From the NCBI GenBank assembly GCA_002722615.1, contig PBMQ01000037.1, positions 34,958 to 98,957 of the forward strand: a stretch of DNA of 64,000 bases, read 5' to 3'. Origin of the DNA: Methanobacteriota archaeon. Lineage in GTDB: Archaea > Thermoplasmatota > Poseidoniia > Poseidoniales > Poseidoniaceae. This document shows, piece by piece, positions 10,262 to 21,600 of the stretch. The first letter of the stretch is position 1. Every line of letters starts with the position of its first letter. A program made the position numbers and the translations under genes. The notes under the pieces were generated by a model. It was not told the DNA's origin, searched no databases, and was given only the letters and a program-made list of their open reading frames with translations.

Positions 10262-11283
10262 TGGCCATAACAACCACGATTGAGATGTCATTTTCATCTC
10301 ATACAGGGCAACTCATCCATCCTCGTTTGGGAGAAACTCTGGTATGGAAACAACACGAATTCCATACATGGTGGAATCTTTTTGAGTCAACAATGAATCA
10401 TCCTCTCAGTCGAACAATTGTGAATGCGTTTGTCGATACCCTAGAATTCAAAAACCTTCTTCGTCCCAAACGCGGTCTTTTTGGTGGTAAGAAATTCCAA
10501 TCGGAATTACATTCACTTTCAACAACACTTGGTTGGGGTGCTGTGAACTTGAAGTCACACCTTGTCATAAACAGTGCACACCCACTACTATCGGTTGCAT
10601 TTGCTCAATATGTGTTCGAAACTCTCGAGGAAAAAAGATTCAAAGTTCGCTGGACAGAACCCAGGTCACAGACAGTACAACTTGAATTGGATTTTTCTCA
10701 GCCTTTACCCTCGCCCTCACCTTTTGATCAGTTTCCATGGTCAAATGATTCACCCATTGAACACATGGATGATTCTGCAATCACTCTTGAATGCGGAGGT
10801 GGCCATGAACTTCGGATGGAGGGTGAGCGAGTCGTACTCATACCCACCGAGGCTTTTGAACGATTTCTGGTTGCGTGTTTACCATATACACCTGTTGAGA
10901 AATTTGACTGGTTTACCCATGACATAGAATCATTTGAGCCATTGGAGACGGTATTGCCGACAGTTATACACTCAGTTTCTACGATGTTTCTCAAGGGAGA
11001 GCGGCCGGTCTACATCATCGACCAATCAAGTTGGTCAGCATATTTTGGATCGTATCTAAATGAACGTGGTTGGGGTGATGTTGTACTTCTCGGTTACAAT
11101 TCCGAAACATTTGAACTCAATGCAACTATCAAACCGTGTTCTAGTGTGCCATTTACGCTTGGAATGATCTGTGGAATGTGGCAGCGAGCACACGGAAGGG
11201 CCTTTCAACTTCATCTAACAGAGAAGGATGATATTTTTCATTTGACAATCCAATCGCTCCTCGAATATCAAAACCATCCATAG
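10258..11283 (+). CDS. Hypothetical protein, possible tandem V4R-like domains
   Basis: Two GWG-containing halves (TTLGWGAV; NERGWGDV), GERVVLIPTEAFERF and LGMICGMWQ resemble V4R/XylR-N motifs. Confidence 0.5.
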   Translation: MMAITTTIEMSFSSHTGQLIHPRLGETLVWKQHEFHTWWNLFESTMNHPLSRTIVNAFVDTLEFKNLLRPKRGLFGGKKFQSELHSLSTTLGWGAVNLKSHLVINSAHPLLSVAFAQYVFETLEEKRFKVRWTEPRSQTVQLELDFSQPLPSPSPFDQFPWSNDSPIEHMDDSAITLECGGGHELRMEGERVVLIPTEAFERFLVACLPYTPVEKFDWFTHDIESFEPLETVLPTVIHSVSTMFLKGERPVYIIDQSSWSAYFGSYLNERGWGDVVLLGYNSETFELNATIKPCSSVPFTLGMICGMWQRAHGRAFQLHLTEKDDIFHLTIQSLLEYQNHP

Positions 11284-11381
11284 TTAGCCAATTTCATCGT
11301 ACAGACCTGAGCAAATTAGGTCAAGGTTCATAACCGAATCATGATGTCGAAAGAATAGTCAAGACGCGGAGGCTTCATTCT

Positions 11382-14300
11382 ATGTCACTTAATCACAACC
11401 AAATGGCTTATGCTGCAATTATTTCAACGTTGATTTTTGGTTCTCTATTCGTAGGAATCAGCGGGTTCTATCAGACCTCTTCTGGTGTTGGAGATTTCGA
11501 TAGTGCTGCTGAAGAAAACATCACACCAGACTTGGAAATAAGTTCAGGAGATGCCTTAGACAGTGATTATGATGGTCTTCCAGATGTTCTTGAAACATCC
11601 CAATATGGTACTGACCCAGAAGATCCGGACACAGATAATGACGGAATGAGCGATGGTTGGGAAGTAGACCACGGCCTGAATCCGCTCGATAACGGCGAAT
11701 CTGAGGAAGCTGAAGAAGAATCCGGTTCCACAAATACTGCAGATGACGCAGAGGTAAGCAACGAAAGTGACTCTTGGCCTGATCCTACACAAGGACGATA
11801 CGGCGACCCTGATAATGATGGTTTGACTAACGAACAGGAAGCTGAACTTGGTACTGACCCTCAACGTGCAGACACTGATAATGACGGACTCAATGACCGT
11901 TGGGAGTCTATGTACACAATGAATGTCTCCTCGCCTGACGGTACAGTTATGCTCTTCAATCCACTTTCCGGTAACTGGGATTGTACGCTCCTTAACGGAC
12001 CTCTCGAACAAACACTTTCTGATCTTCTCGAAGATTTTGAAGGCGCTCCAACATGGCAAGAACTTGAGAACCCATTGGGCAAGCACTCTTGCGACCAAGT
12101 CTTGGATTTCGATGATGATGGTCTTCTAAACTTCCAAGAAGAAGCCTACGGTACTAACCCTGCATCTCCAGATTCTGATGACGATATGTTGCCTGATATT
12201 CTCGAGGTCAACAGTGCAAACAAAGTTCTTGATTTCCAACTTGGATCCAATTGCGGTGAACCTGTTATTACCCCTCCTTCCCAACGTCTTCCCACTGAAG
12301 CACCGTTTGCCGATGAAGTGAGTGCATCTTGGTTTTTGTCTGACATGGATGGCGACGGTTTCCTCAATGGTCCAAGTGACTGGGACACCGATGGAGACGG
12401 AATGCCTGATGGATTTGAGTATTGTTTCTCATTCCAAAACAATCATCCACTCAATGTTGCTAACCCACAAAAAGCGTTCTCAGAACGTTTGGACCCTTCC
12501 AACGCATCAGATGGCTACAACGATTGGGACGAAGATGGATTGAATAATCTCGAAGAATATCAGGTTGCTCTGAAATTTGGATTGACAAACGGCTTGCCAT
12601 CTTTTACATCTCCATGGACTGAAGACACTGACCAAGACGGAATGCCCGATGGTTGGGAAGCGACTCAATACAACCGCACAACTCTTGAGTATCCTCTCAA
12701 CCCAAGAAATGCTAGCAACGCCAATGAGGATATCGATTTTGATGGATGGGATTCTGACGGAGACGGTGACGTCCTCTTCAACGAACTTGAACTCACCACC
12801 ACCGTAGTCGATATTTACGTTCAAATCGGAGATTACGTGACAGCCAATTCAACCGTTGCCCGGGGACAATACACCCTTGGCGGTGGAAATAAGCAGACCG
12901 TTTACCTTGTCGCTCCGGTTGATGGGTACGTATATCATATCAATGTGGCACCTGGCGATCAAGTTGATTCTCGACTGTTTGTTTGGATGAACGTTGTCGA
13001 AGAATCTGAGAGATTCACAAATCTCATGGAATATGAAGCACGACTTGATGATAACGGTAATGCATTTGGCCGATCAACAGACCCAACTCATGGAGACACC
13101 GACCGTGATGGTCTTCTGGATGGCATTGAAGTTGGAGGATGGGAAATTCTTGTTGTCAATCGTGGTGTTCAAGTGACATGGGTCGTATCTGACCCTGGAC
13201 TTGCAGACACAGACTCCGATGGGCTATCTGATTTTCTTGAATTCTCTTCCACTTGTGATGGCCAAGGATCCAACGCCTCCAATGTTGACACCGATGGTGA
13301 TGGTGAAAGCGATCAACAAGAAGTCATGCTCGGTTATGTCTTCAACGGAGAGCAATATTTTACATCGGCTTGTATGTTTGACACCGACAACGACGGATTA
13401 GAAGACGGAGAAGAAGTCATTGCAGGCGCAGACAACTTCGTGACGCATGCAAACAATTCCGATACAGACAATGACGGTCTTATCGATGGTAATGAGATTC
13501 TCTTTATCCCTCGCCCGTTCCAATATGAAACCAATCCACTCATCAATGATACAGATGGTGATGGTATGCTTGATGGCTGGGAAATGCAAGTTAAATCTAC
13601 GGAAGACAACACGAATTCCCATTCCCTTTGGGTTGCAATTTCCAATTGGGACCGACCTGGGTGTACTGAATCTCAGACCAACAGCTGTCTGATGGAACCC
13701 GGTGGTTACGTTTGGATTAACTGGCTTGGTGGATTTGAGTTGCAAAAGAAATACGAGGTATACGAAATGAACCTGTCAGGTTTTGATATGCCCGGTAACA
13801 CATTGTGTGATGGATGTAAGGGTCGGTGGGCTCTTGATCCATCCCTCAATTCTTTGAAGGATGATACCTATGACATCGATAACGACACACTTCCAAATGG
13901 AGCAGAGGCTCCAACAAACTGGAATACAAATCCTGTTGATGATGATACTGATGGAGATTTGCTGCCTGATGGATGGGAAGTTCAATATTCCTACGAAGCA
14001 ATCAACAACAACCTTGTTGATAATTCCACTATCAGTGCATACGGGGCACGTGGTGTTATGGATCCCTCTATGGCAGACAGCGACCTTGACGGAATCGATG
14101 ATGGTCAAGAAGATCCGGACAGTGACGGCCTCAACCGTACAGGCTTGATCAAGAAATACTGCCCCGGATACAACGATTCCACCAACGCAGAATGCAACAT
14201 CGATCCTGATACCCCTGATGGCTTAAAATTCTACAATAATCTCGAAAACTACACGAATTATGAAGAGTTGCAAAATGGAACCAACCCTGTTACTAACGAC

Positions 14301-14543
14301 ACAGATGGTGACGCTTGGGAAGACGGACCTGAAGTATACTACATGGATCATGATGACGACGGAATGGCAACCGGTTGGGAGTATCACTTCGAATTCGATC
14401 CGTTTGATGGAGCAGATCGCCTCGTCGATAGCGATGGCGATGGCCATACGAACTATTGTGAATTCAAGTGGGATACAAACCCCAGAAATCCAATCAGTTT
14501 CCCTGGTCAGGGTGAACTGTGCGATCCATTCGAAGGTCAGTGA
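11382..14543 (+). CDS. Membrane-anchored acidic protein with many DxDxDG (bacterial TSP3-like) Ca-binding repeats
   Basis: N-terminal TM; many DTDxDGxxDGWE / GTDP / GTNP repeats. Confidence 0.85.
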   Translation: MSLNHNQMAYAAIISTLIFGSLFVGISGFYQTSSGVGDFDSAAEENITPDLEISSGDALDSDYDGLPDVLETSQYGTDPEDPDTDNDGMSDGWEVDHGLNPLDNGESEEAEEESGSTNTADDAEVSNESDSWPDPTQGRYGDPDNDGLTNEQEAELGTDPQRADTDNDGLNDRWESMYTMNVSSPDGTVMLFNPLSGNWDCTLLNGPLEQTLSDLLEDFEGAPTWQELENPLGKHSCDQVLDFDDDGLLNFQEEAYGTNPASPDSDDDMLPDILEVNSANKVLDFQLGSNCGEPVITPPSQRLPTEAPFADEVSASWFLSDMDGDGFLNGPSDWDTDGDGMPDGFEYCFSFQNNHPLNVANPQKAFSERLDPSNASDGYNDWDEDGLNNLEEYQVALKFGLTNGLPSFTSPWTEDTDQDGMPDGWEATQYNRTTLEYPLNPRNASNANEDIDFDGWDSDGDGDVLFNELELTTTVVDIYVQIGDYVTANSTVARGQYTLGGGNKQTVYLVAPVDGYVYHINVAPGDQVDSRLFVWMNVVEESERFTNLMEYEARLDDNGNAFGRSTDPTHGDTDRDGLLDGIEVGGWEILVVNRGVQVTWVVSDPGLADTDSDGLSDFLEFSSTCDGQGSNASNVDTDGDGESDQQEVMLGYVFNGEQYFTSACMFDTDNDGLEDGEEVIAGADNFVTHANNSDTDNDGLIDGNEILFIPRPFQYETNPLINDTDGDGMLDGWEMQVKSTEDNTNSHSLWVAISNWDRPGCTESQTNSCLMEPGGYVWINWLGGFELQKKYEVYEMNLSGFDMPGNTLCDGCKGRWALDPSLNSLKDDTYDIDNDTLPNGAEAPTNWNTNPVDDDTDGDLLPDGWEVQYSYEAINNNLVDNSTISAYGARGVMDPSMADSDLDGIDDGQEDPDSDGLNRTGLIKKYCPGYNDSTNAECNIDPDTPDGLKFYNNLENYTNYEELQNGTNPVTNDTDGDAWEDGPEVYYMDHDDDGMATGWEYHFEFDPFDGADRLVDSDGDGHTNYCEFKWDTNPRNPISFPGQGELCDPFEGQ

Positions 14544-14546
14544 CGT

Positions 14547-16079
14547 ATGTTGAACATGACAAAAACAGCGATTTCTCTGGTTTTGTGTCTGTTAATGTCT
14601 GTCCTTCCACCAACTACCATGGCCGATGGAAATATCGAACCTGAGGCACCCAATATTGAGTTCGACCAATCTGATGGTATAGTCATGGATTCTATCATTA
14701 ATCTCACAGGAACGTCAAATGTTCCGCTTACATCGATTGAGATAAGCATCTGGAATATCTCGATGCCAGACCAGTGGTCCTTGGTAACTTCTAGTCCATT
14801 TTTGGATATCGTAGTACCCTATTCTGATTCAGAATCAGATGAAACGATGTGGTCTTGGAGTCACGATTTTCAAGTTGGTGATTTGGAATGCACTTGTTAT
14901 GTCGAAGTATCTTTGATGGAGCAAACAGATCTAATCTCCTTTGGCTTAGTCGTCTACGTTGGAGACTCCTTTCATCGCCCAGTATTGACTCCAACAAATT
15001 CATTGGAATCGATGAATATTTATTCGATGGAAATTTTCAATACTGATGCAATTGTACTTTCGTATGATGTACTGCTCCCATTACAAGAAGGATTTTCTTC
15101 ACAATCCAATACAAATATTATGCCGAACATGCGTATCTGTCCTGCACCAAACGGTATTTGTACTGAAGAATATACAGCAATACTGGTAAATTCAACATTT
15201 TCTGAGAAACTGGAATTAAGCTTCAACATGGACGAGAACAGTATATTCGATGGGTATTACCTTCTTCAAGTTCAAGTCCAAGATGAATTACTCACGTTAT
15301 CCAACAATTTCACTCAGTATGTGTTGTTTGACAAAACCGAACCAAGTGTACAACTATCTGCGGTAGAACAGGTCAATGAATCTGAATCAATTGTAGTCGA
15401 TATTGATGTTGATGATGGTTATATCGGCTCAAGTTATGACATCACTTGGAGTATAACAGAACCAGACGGATTGCCGCGTTCTGTGCTGAGTTCTGAGATT
15501 CTAGTAGACAATCGGCTCGAATTTTCACCAACAAAATCAGGCCAATATCAGGTTAATGCGCTCGTTCGAGATACGGGAGGATTCCTTGTTGCTGTCAATC
15601 ACAATGTGAATGTAACCAATATCGAACCTTCGGCATCTGTTCGTTATGATGGATTTCTTATTGAAGACGGGACAGTTGTAACCGTTGCATCATTTTCAAA
15701 TTGGTTGTTTAGTGCAAATACCTCCACAGATAGTCAGAATGATGTTGATGGTCTGGAATATTTTTGGTATGTTGATGGAAAATCCTTACTTAGCGGACAA
15801 TCTTATCTTTCTTCTTCTGATGTTCAATCTTCTTCGTTCAAAAAAATACGAGTCGAAGTGGTTGATGATGATGGTTCATCATCGAATCTATCCTTTGAAG
15901 TTGTCCAACAAGCATCAGAAAGCGAGGAATCCATGGGGAATGCTGTATTGATGTCCTTGTTGGCCATGTTCTTTATTCTCTTTGTTGCAATGGTTGTAAT
16001 GTTAAAACAGCGAGTAAAATCTGACGTCAGTTCAGGATTTGTAAAATGGACTGAACGTAGCGACGGTCCGAAGAATTGA
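14547..16079 (+). CDS. Secreted Ig/PKD-like domain protein with C-terminal TM anchor
   Basis: Signal peptide, beta-rich acidic body, PKD-like FSANTSTDS...LEYFWYVDG...VEVVDDDG, C-terminal TM. Confidence 0.65.
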   Translation: MLNMTKTAISLVLCLLMSVLPPTTMADGNIEPEAPNIEFDQSDGIVMDSIINLTGTSNVPLTSIEISIWNISMPDQWSLVTSSPFLDIVVPYSDSESDETMWSWSHDFQVGDLECTCYVEVSLMEQTDLISFGLVVYVGDSFHRPVLTPTNSLESMNIYSMEIFNTDAIVLSYDVLLPLQEGFSSQSNTNIMPNMRICPAPNGICTEEYTAILVNSTFSEKLELSFNMDENSIFDGYYLLQVQVQDELLTLSNNFTQYVLFDKTEPSVQLSAVEQVNESESIVVDIDVDDGYIGSSYDITWSITEPDGLPRSVLSSEILVDNRLEFSPTKSGQYQVNALVRDTGGFLVAVNHNVNVTNIEPSASVRYDGFLIEDGTVVTVASFSNWLFSANTSTDSQNDVDGLEYFWYVDGKSLLSGQSYLSSSDVQSSSFKKIRVEVVDDDGSSSNLSFEVVQQASESEESMGNAVLMSLLAMFFILFVAMVVMLKQRVKSDVSSGFVKWTERSDGPKN

Positions 16080-16106
16080 TTAAAAAACTGTGAGGGTTGG
16101 AATAGG

Positions 16107-17486
16107 TTGGTGAGCACTATGTTTGAGGAAGCTTTCAACTCGTTGCCGGATAAACCCCTGGCTATTCCAAAGGAATCTTATCGTGAGCGACAGACGCGAC
16201 TGTTGTCACAATTTGATGTAGACGATTTGGTAATAGTTTCCTCCCTCCCCGAGGCTACGCGAAGTAATGATGTTCATTATCCTTACAGATCATCCAGTGA
16301 TATGCTCTACATGTGTGGTTGGAGCGATCCCGAATCTACTTTAGTGTTCTATCATGAAGATGGTCAGTGGATTGCTCACTTGTTTGTTCAGCCCAAAGAT
16401 ACATTGATGGAAATTTGGGAGGGTCGTCGACCTGGTGTTGAAGGAGCTCTTCGTGATTGGGCAGTTGATCGTGCGAGTCCATCCCATGAATTATCTAGAC
16501 ATTTACATGAATTCCTAGAGAAAGCAGTTAGGGTTCACTTGCGGACAGGTATCAATCCTAGCATCGATTCAATTGTGGTAAGTGCGGTTGAGAAACGTGA
16601 TAGGAAGAGACAACACTTCGGAACTGGACCCATAAGTGTCGAAGATCCCAGCCGCCGAATAGCTGAAATGCGTCTGCGAAAGTCTGAGCAAGAGATTGAC
16701 CAGATGCGCTACGCTGCTGATGTTTCCTCAAAAGCACACGAACTGGCTATGGCTGCAAGCAAAGATGGAATCCATGAGTTCCAGATACAATCCATTATTG
16801 AAGGCTTTTTTGTTTACGGAGGAACCAGTGGTTGGGCATATCCATCCATCGTAGGGTGTGGTGAAAATGCTACTATTCTCCATTATACAGTCAACAATTC
16901 TCCTTGCAAATCAGATGAAATCATTCTCATCGATGCTGGTGCAGAGTATAATGGATATGCGGCTGATATTACACGTTCTTGGCCAATTGGGGGAACATTT
17001 AGCGATGCCCAAAAGGAAATTTATGAAATTGTTCTCGATGCTCAAGAGAAAGCAATTGATGCATGCCGTGTTGGAAATCCATACAACATGCCTCATGAAG
17101 TTGCATGCAAAGCTCTCGCTGAAGGTCTAATTCGATTGGGAATCATCACTCAGTCTTTGGATGAAGCGTTGGACTTCGAATCTGGCGATCTTCGTAAATG
17201 GTACATGCACAACACAGGGCATTGGCTTGGTCTCGACGTTCATGATGTTGGAACGTACAAACCCGATGGCACACCTCGACTTCTAGAAGCAGGAATGGTC
17301 CTTACCGTAGAGCCTGGATTGTATTTTGGTGCCTGGCGTCCTGACGTTGACTGTCCCGAGCGGTATGCCAACATTGGAATCAGAATTGAAGACGACGTCC
17401 TTGTAACAAATGGAGACCCTGATGTCTTGACAGATTGGTGTCCAAAAACAATTGATGATATTGAACGGATTGTTGGTTCCCTCTGA
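16107..17486 (+). CDS. pepP: Xaa-Pro aminopeptidase (M24B)
   Basis: RSNDVHYPYR, WEGRRPG, ILHY, IDAGAE..GYAADITRSWP, HNTGHWLGLDVHD, TVEPGLY, GIRIEDDV. Confidence 0.93.
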   Translation: MVSTMFEEAFNSLPDKPLAIPKESYRERQTRLLSQFDVDDLVIVSSLPEATRSNDVHYPYRSSSDMLYMCGWSDPESTLVFYHEDGQWIAHLFVQPKDTLMEIWEGRRPGVEGALRDWAVDRASPSHELSRHLHEFLEKAVRVHLRTGINPSIDSIVVSAVEKRDRKRQHFGTGPISVEDPSRRIAEMRLRKSEQEIDQMRYAADVSSKAHELAMAASKDGIHEFQIQSIIEGFFVYGGTSGWAYPSIVGCGENATILHYTVNNSPCKSDEIILIDAGAEYNGYAADITRSWPIGGTFSDAQKEIYEIVLDAQEKAIDACRVGNPYNMPHEVACKALAEGLIRLGIITQSLDEALDFESGDLRKWYMHNTGHWLGLDVHDVGTYKPDGTPRLLEAGMVLTVEPGLYFGAWRPDVDCPERYANIGIRIEDDVLVTNGDPDVLTDWCPKTIDDIERIVGSL

Positions 17487-17495
17487 GGTGGCCTT

Positions 17496-18680
17496 ATGGC
17501 TTGGAATTCTATACTCCAGAGTGTTTTATCTTCTGACCGTGTTTTTCGATTATCCGTTGCCGATTGTGTAGAACTGTACAATGAAGCTCCTTTGCATCAA
17601 TTAATGGATGCGGCACATCATCGCAGACTGCAACATAATCCTAACAATGAAGTCACTTATCTTGTCGATCGTAACATCAATTACACAAATGTCTGCACAA
17701 TTAATTGTCAATTTTGTTCCTTCTATCGTCCACCTGGTCATGAGGAAACATACACACAATCGTATGATGAAATACATTCAAGAATCAAGGAACTAGAGGC
17801 GATTGGTGGTTCACGAATACTCATGCAAGGTGGAGTGAACCCTTCGCTAGATTTTGATTGGTATCTTAACCTCATTAGTGAGTTGAAGGATCAACATCCC
17901 ACAATTGACTTGGATTGTTTTTCACCCATCGAGATCGAAGGCATTGCTGAGGTAACTGAACTGACAACACAAGAAGTTCTGAGTCAACTCAAGGATGCTG
18001 GAATGCACGGACTTCCCGGCGGAGGTGCGGAGATGCTCGTCGAAACCGTACGAAAGGATGTCTCTCCCAAAAAAGGACATCCTGATAATTGGTTGCGTGT
18101 AATGAAAGAAGCACAATTGCTTGGACTAACTACCAGTGCAACCAATGTTATTGGCTTTGGAGAAACAAATTCAGACAGAGTACAACATCTTCATAGAATT
18201 CGTGAACAGCAAGATGAAATTCTCTCAAATGGACTCACTGGATTTACATCCTTTATCGCTTGGCCAGTACAGCTTGAATCCAATACATTTGGCAAGAGAA
18301 ATAGAGGACAAAATCGATTTGAGCGTGGTGCAGGATCTACGGAATATCTCAGACATGTAGCAATTTCGAGATTGTTCCTTGACAATGTCCCTCACATTCA
18401 AGCATCCTGGCCAACCATGGGAATGGGAATTGCACAAATGGCCCTTCTGGCCGGAGCAGACGATGCAGGTTCAACTATGATGGAAGAGAATGTTGTCTCT
18501 GCATCAGGTACAACAAAATTCAGTGCAACCGAATACGAATTACAACTATCAATCCGCAGGTCAGGATTCGTTCCTGTTCGAAGGGACAGTGATTACAATC
18601 AATTGGAGACCCCTAGCGCTCTTGACGATGCTCCGGAAGTAGCATGTCAGCCACCGCATCAAGCGGTTGAATTGGTATAG
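17496..18680 (+). CDS. mqnC: Radical SAM, cyclic dehypoxanthine futalosine synthase-like (CofH/MqnC family)
   Basis: DRNINYTNVCTINCQFCSF (CxxxCxxC), LPGGGAE, IQASW, GADDAGSTMMEENVVSASG. Confidence 0.8.
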   Translation: MAWNSILQSVLSSDRVFRLSVADCVELYNEAPLHQLMDAAHHRRLQHNPNNEVTYLVDRNINYTNVCTINCQFCSFYRPPGHEETYTQSYDEIHSRIKELEAIGGSRILMQGGVNPSLDFDWYLNLISELKDQHPTIDLDCFSPIEIEGIAEVTELTTQEVLSQLKDAGMHGLPGGGAEMLVETVRKDVSPKKGHPDNWLRVMKEAQLLGLTTSATNVIGFGETNSDRVQHLHRIREQQDEILSNGLTGFTSFIAWPVQLESNTFGKRNRGQNRFERGAGSTEYLRHVAISRLFLDNVPHIQASWPTMGMGIAQMALLAGADDAGSTMMEENVVSASGTTKFSATEYELQLSIRRSGFVPVRRDSDYNQLETPSALDDAPEVACQPPHQAVELV

Positions 18681-21600
18681 AATACTACCCAAATCTCTGC
18701 AACGATGTTGCGACCACCTTTGCTTGATTCCCCCGTTGGATTATACTCCTGACCGTTGTACAAACCTCGATACGTGAGTTCATTCGTCTGGCCGTTCATA
18801 TCAACCCATGATGTGATGTCGAGGCTCCATTGCTTGACATCTTGTCCTGCGCACCAACCTGCCCTCCCGAATGGCCATGAACCATATTGGTTGGCTACGA
18901 CGCCATTGCTCACTTCGTTTTCACAACCCGTATTTGAGTAAACAATTGGATGCCATTCATATGCATGATGAGAATCAATGTAGTAATGATGTTGATGATC
19001 ACAAAACTCAGCGCAATTTGCATCATCTTGTTGGAAACCATGACCTGTGATGGTTGCAACAATTTCAACACGGGTAGTTTCGGTTGGAACTGTGAAGTTT
19101 AGGCTCCGAACATATCGACTCTCATTATTGTATGATCCATCAAATTGACCTCCAGTGAACCCAAATTCAGCATCAAATGCACGTTCACCACTACCCCAAT
19201 TTGAGAATAAGAATTTGATTGTCATATCCCCTTTATTCGCCCCTTTATATCGAAATCTTCGTTCTTGGTCATCATCTAACATGAACAGATACGGGCTGAT
19301 GTCTGTGAGCCACCTACCTTCACGGCCATAGGTTGTAATCCATCGCATGAATTCAGTTCCACAAGAGGAAGAATTGTCGTCATCACAAATGTAGAGGTGT
19401 GCCAGATAATCCCATTCATGGCATCCGCCGTAACTTCCATCACTTTTCTGATAGCGATTCTTTCTCTCGTCGCAAGCATGTTCGTGGAATACTTCGAGTG
19501 TATCGTAGGAACTCAAATTATCTGGTAACGTAAATGTAGCATTCCGGTAGGAATTGTGATTCGCACCCCAGCCACCTGCATGTCGTTCAAAATCATACAA
19601 GGTAACGACATCTATCCCAGGATCTTGCATTCGAATTTCAGGTTCAAATTCAGCATTCCATTGATGTGGCTCGTAGGTGTAATGGAATGGATCATTTGTT
19701 TGTGAGATCCATGCGTATATCGAACCAGTATCTCTTGCACGTTGAAACCGATCAATACCCATAAAGAATGGGCTATTGAAATTTGAAATCATTTCACCAA
19801 GTCCTCCTTGAATATTACTTGCATCCATGTCAATATAGTGGATACGTCCATCCCATTTTTCTTCCTCGCTGGGATTTAATTTCGATTCGACATCACTCTT
19901 TCGAGAGAGTACATCACTGTGATACGTTGAATCAAAGGAACCATAAAAGAGATGAGTATTTTCTGGTAAATTACGAATAAATGTCCCTGGATTTGTTGCC
20001 CAAGTTCCTGAATTCGAGTTTCCACTGCTATCGGTATACTTGAACATGAAAAGATATACATCGGTTCCAGTCCACCTGTTCTGGAACGTAAAGGTACCAT
20101 CAAGTGTGGGTACTGTAAATGTCGGAACCACATCCATCGGCCCATTCACAGAAGCCCCAGGAGCCCACTGAACTGGTTTTTGAACAATCGCACAACCATC
20201 TGAATCGATTGTCCAATGTGTTGGACTGTCTGCACAAATATCGACATTTGCGAATACTCCATCACCATCAAGATCAGCACAGCCAGCAGTATTCACTTGT
20301 AGCCCGGTAGGTGTTCCTTCACATTGATCAATTAAGTCATTGACTCCATCTGCATCGGAATCACGTTCAATCGCGGCACAACCGAATTCATCCACATCCG
20401 TAGCTCCTAGGGGTGTTTTGGGACATAAGTCCAAAGTTGCACCTGTTGCATTAACGTCGTCGACGTTATCGTTATCGTCATCAGCATCTTCAGTGGAATC
20501 AAAGCAACCATCCATATCAAAATCAGTCATTTCATTACGGTCTATCATCCAATTTGAACGACCCTTTGGGCAAAGGTCTGATGTATCAAGTTCTCCATCA
20601 TTATCATCATCATCATCTTCGAGTAAATCATTGCAACCGTCTTGATCCCAATCGTTGTATAGGTTTGCTGGCCAATTAATCTCACCATCGTAACATGCAT
20701 CATTGACGTCGAGAATACCGTCTCCATCATCATCAGAATCTTCAGTTACATCATTGCATCCATCACGATCGCGATCGTTTTCTGCAGTACTTATCCATCC
20801 AATGGTCGATGTGCATCCATCCTCGAAATCCAATATACCATCATTGTCATCATCGAGATCCTCGTCGTAGTCCCTACATCCATCTTGATCAGCATCACTG
20901 GCACTACTTGATGCCCAACCATCATTCTCCCCCAGACCACTTGGACAGTTGTCGAACTGGTCATCGATTCCATCTCCGTCAGCGTCATTATTCACTTCGA
21001 TAAGAATCGTTGTGTTGCGAAACTCCTCCAATGTCGAGAATACTCCACACTTTGCTTCAGCATGAACCATGAATGATTCAGTACGCAAATCCAATTCAGA
21101 AAGGATAAACGAAAAGGATCCGTCATCTTGCAATGACATCGCAAAAGTATCCATAGACGCACCCTCGCCGGGGATTGTCAGAACAACGTTACATGATTCA
21201 ATAGACTGATGCAGGACTTGTCCTTGAAAGACCATCACGGAGGATTCTGCAACGAGATATTGTGGTATAATGAGAGAGATGCCCCCTTCATCTGGAACAG
21301 GGACCTCAACTGAATTGGTCATGACAATCGAATCTCCTTCTGATGGTGTAATTGTTATCTCAAAATTGTATTCTCCTGGCGAATCTGGCAATAAAACGAC
21401 AGAGATGTATGTTGGCTTCTTGTTTACAGACCAACTACTCGCATCGATACTTTGGCCTTCTCTTGTAACGAGAGTCTCAATTTCATAACTCCCTTCGCCT
21501 GTCGTTACGAGAAGAATTGCCAACTCTGAGATTTCGTCGATTTCTCCTATTATTGCTTCTTCATTCCATGAAGCTTGGATGCTGTAAGGTACAGGAGCAC

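Noticed and set aside
11382-14543. Recurrent DNA motifs (gayacngayggngayggn) resembling a repeat array or CRISPR
   Set aside because: They are degenerate protein-level DxDxDG repeats; there are no identical direct repeats with unique spacers.
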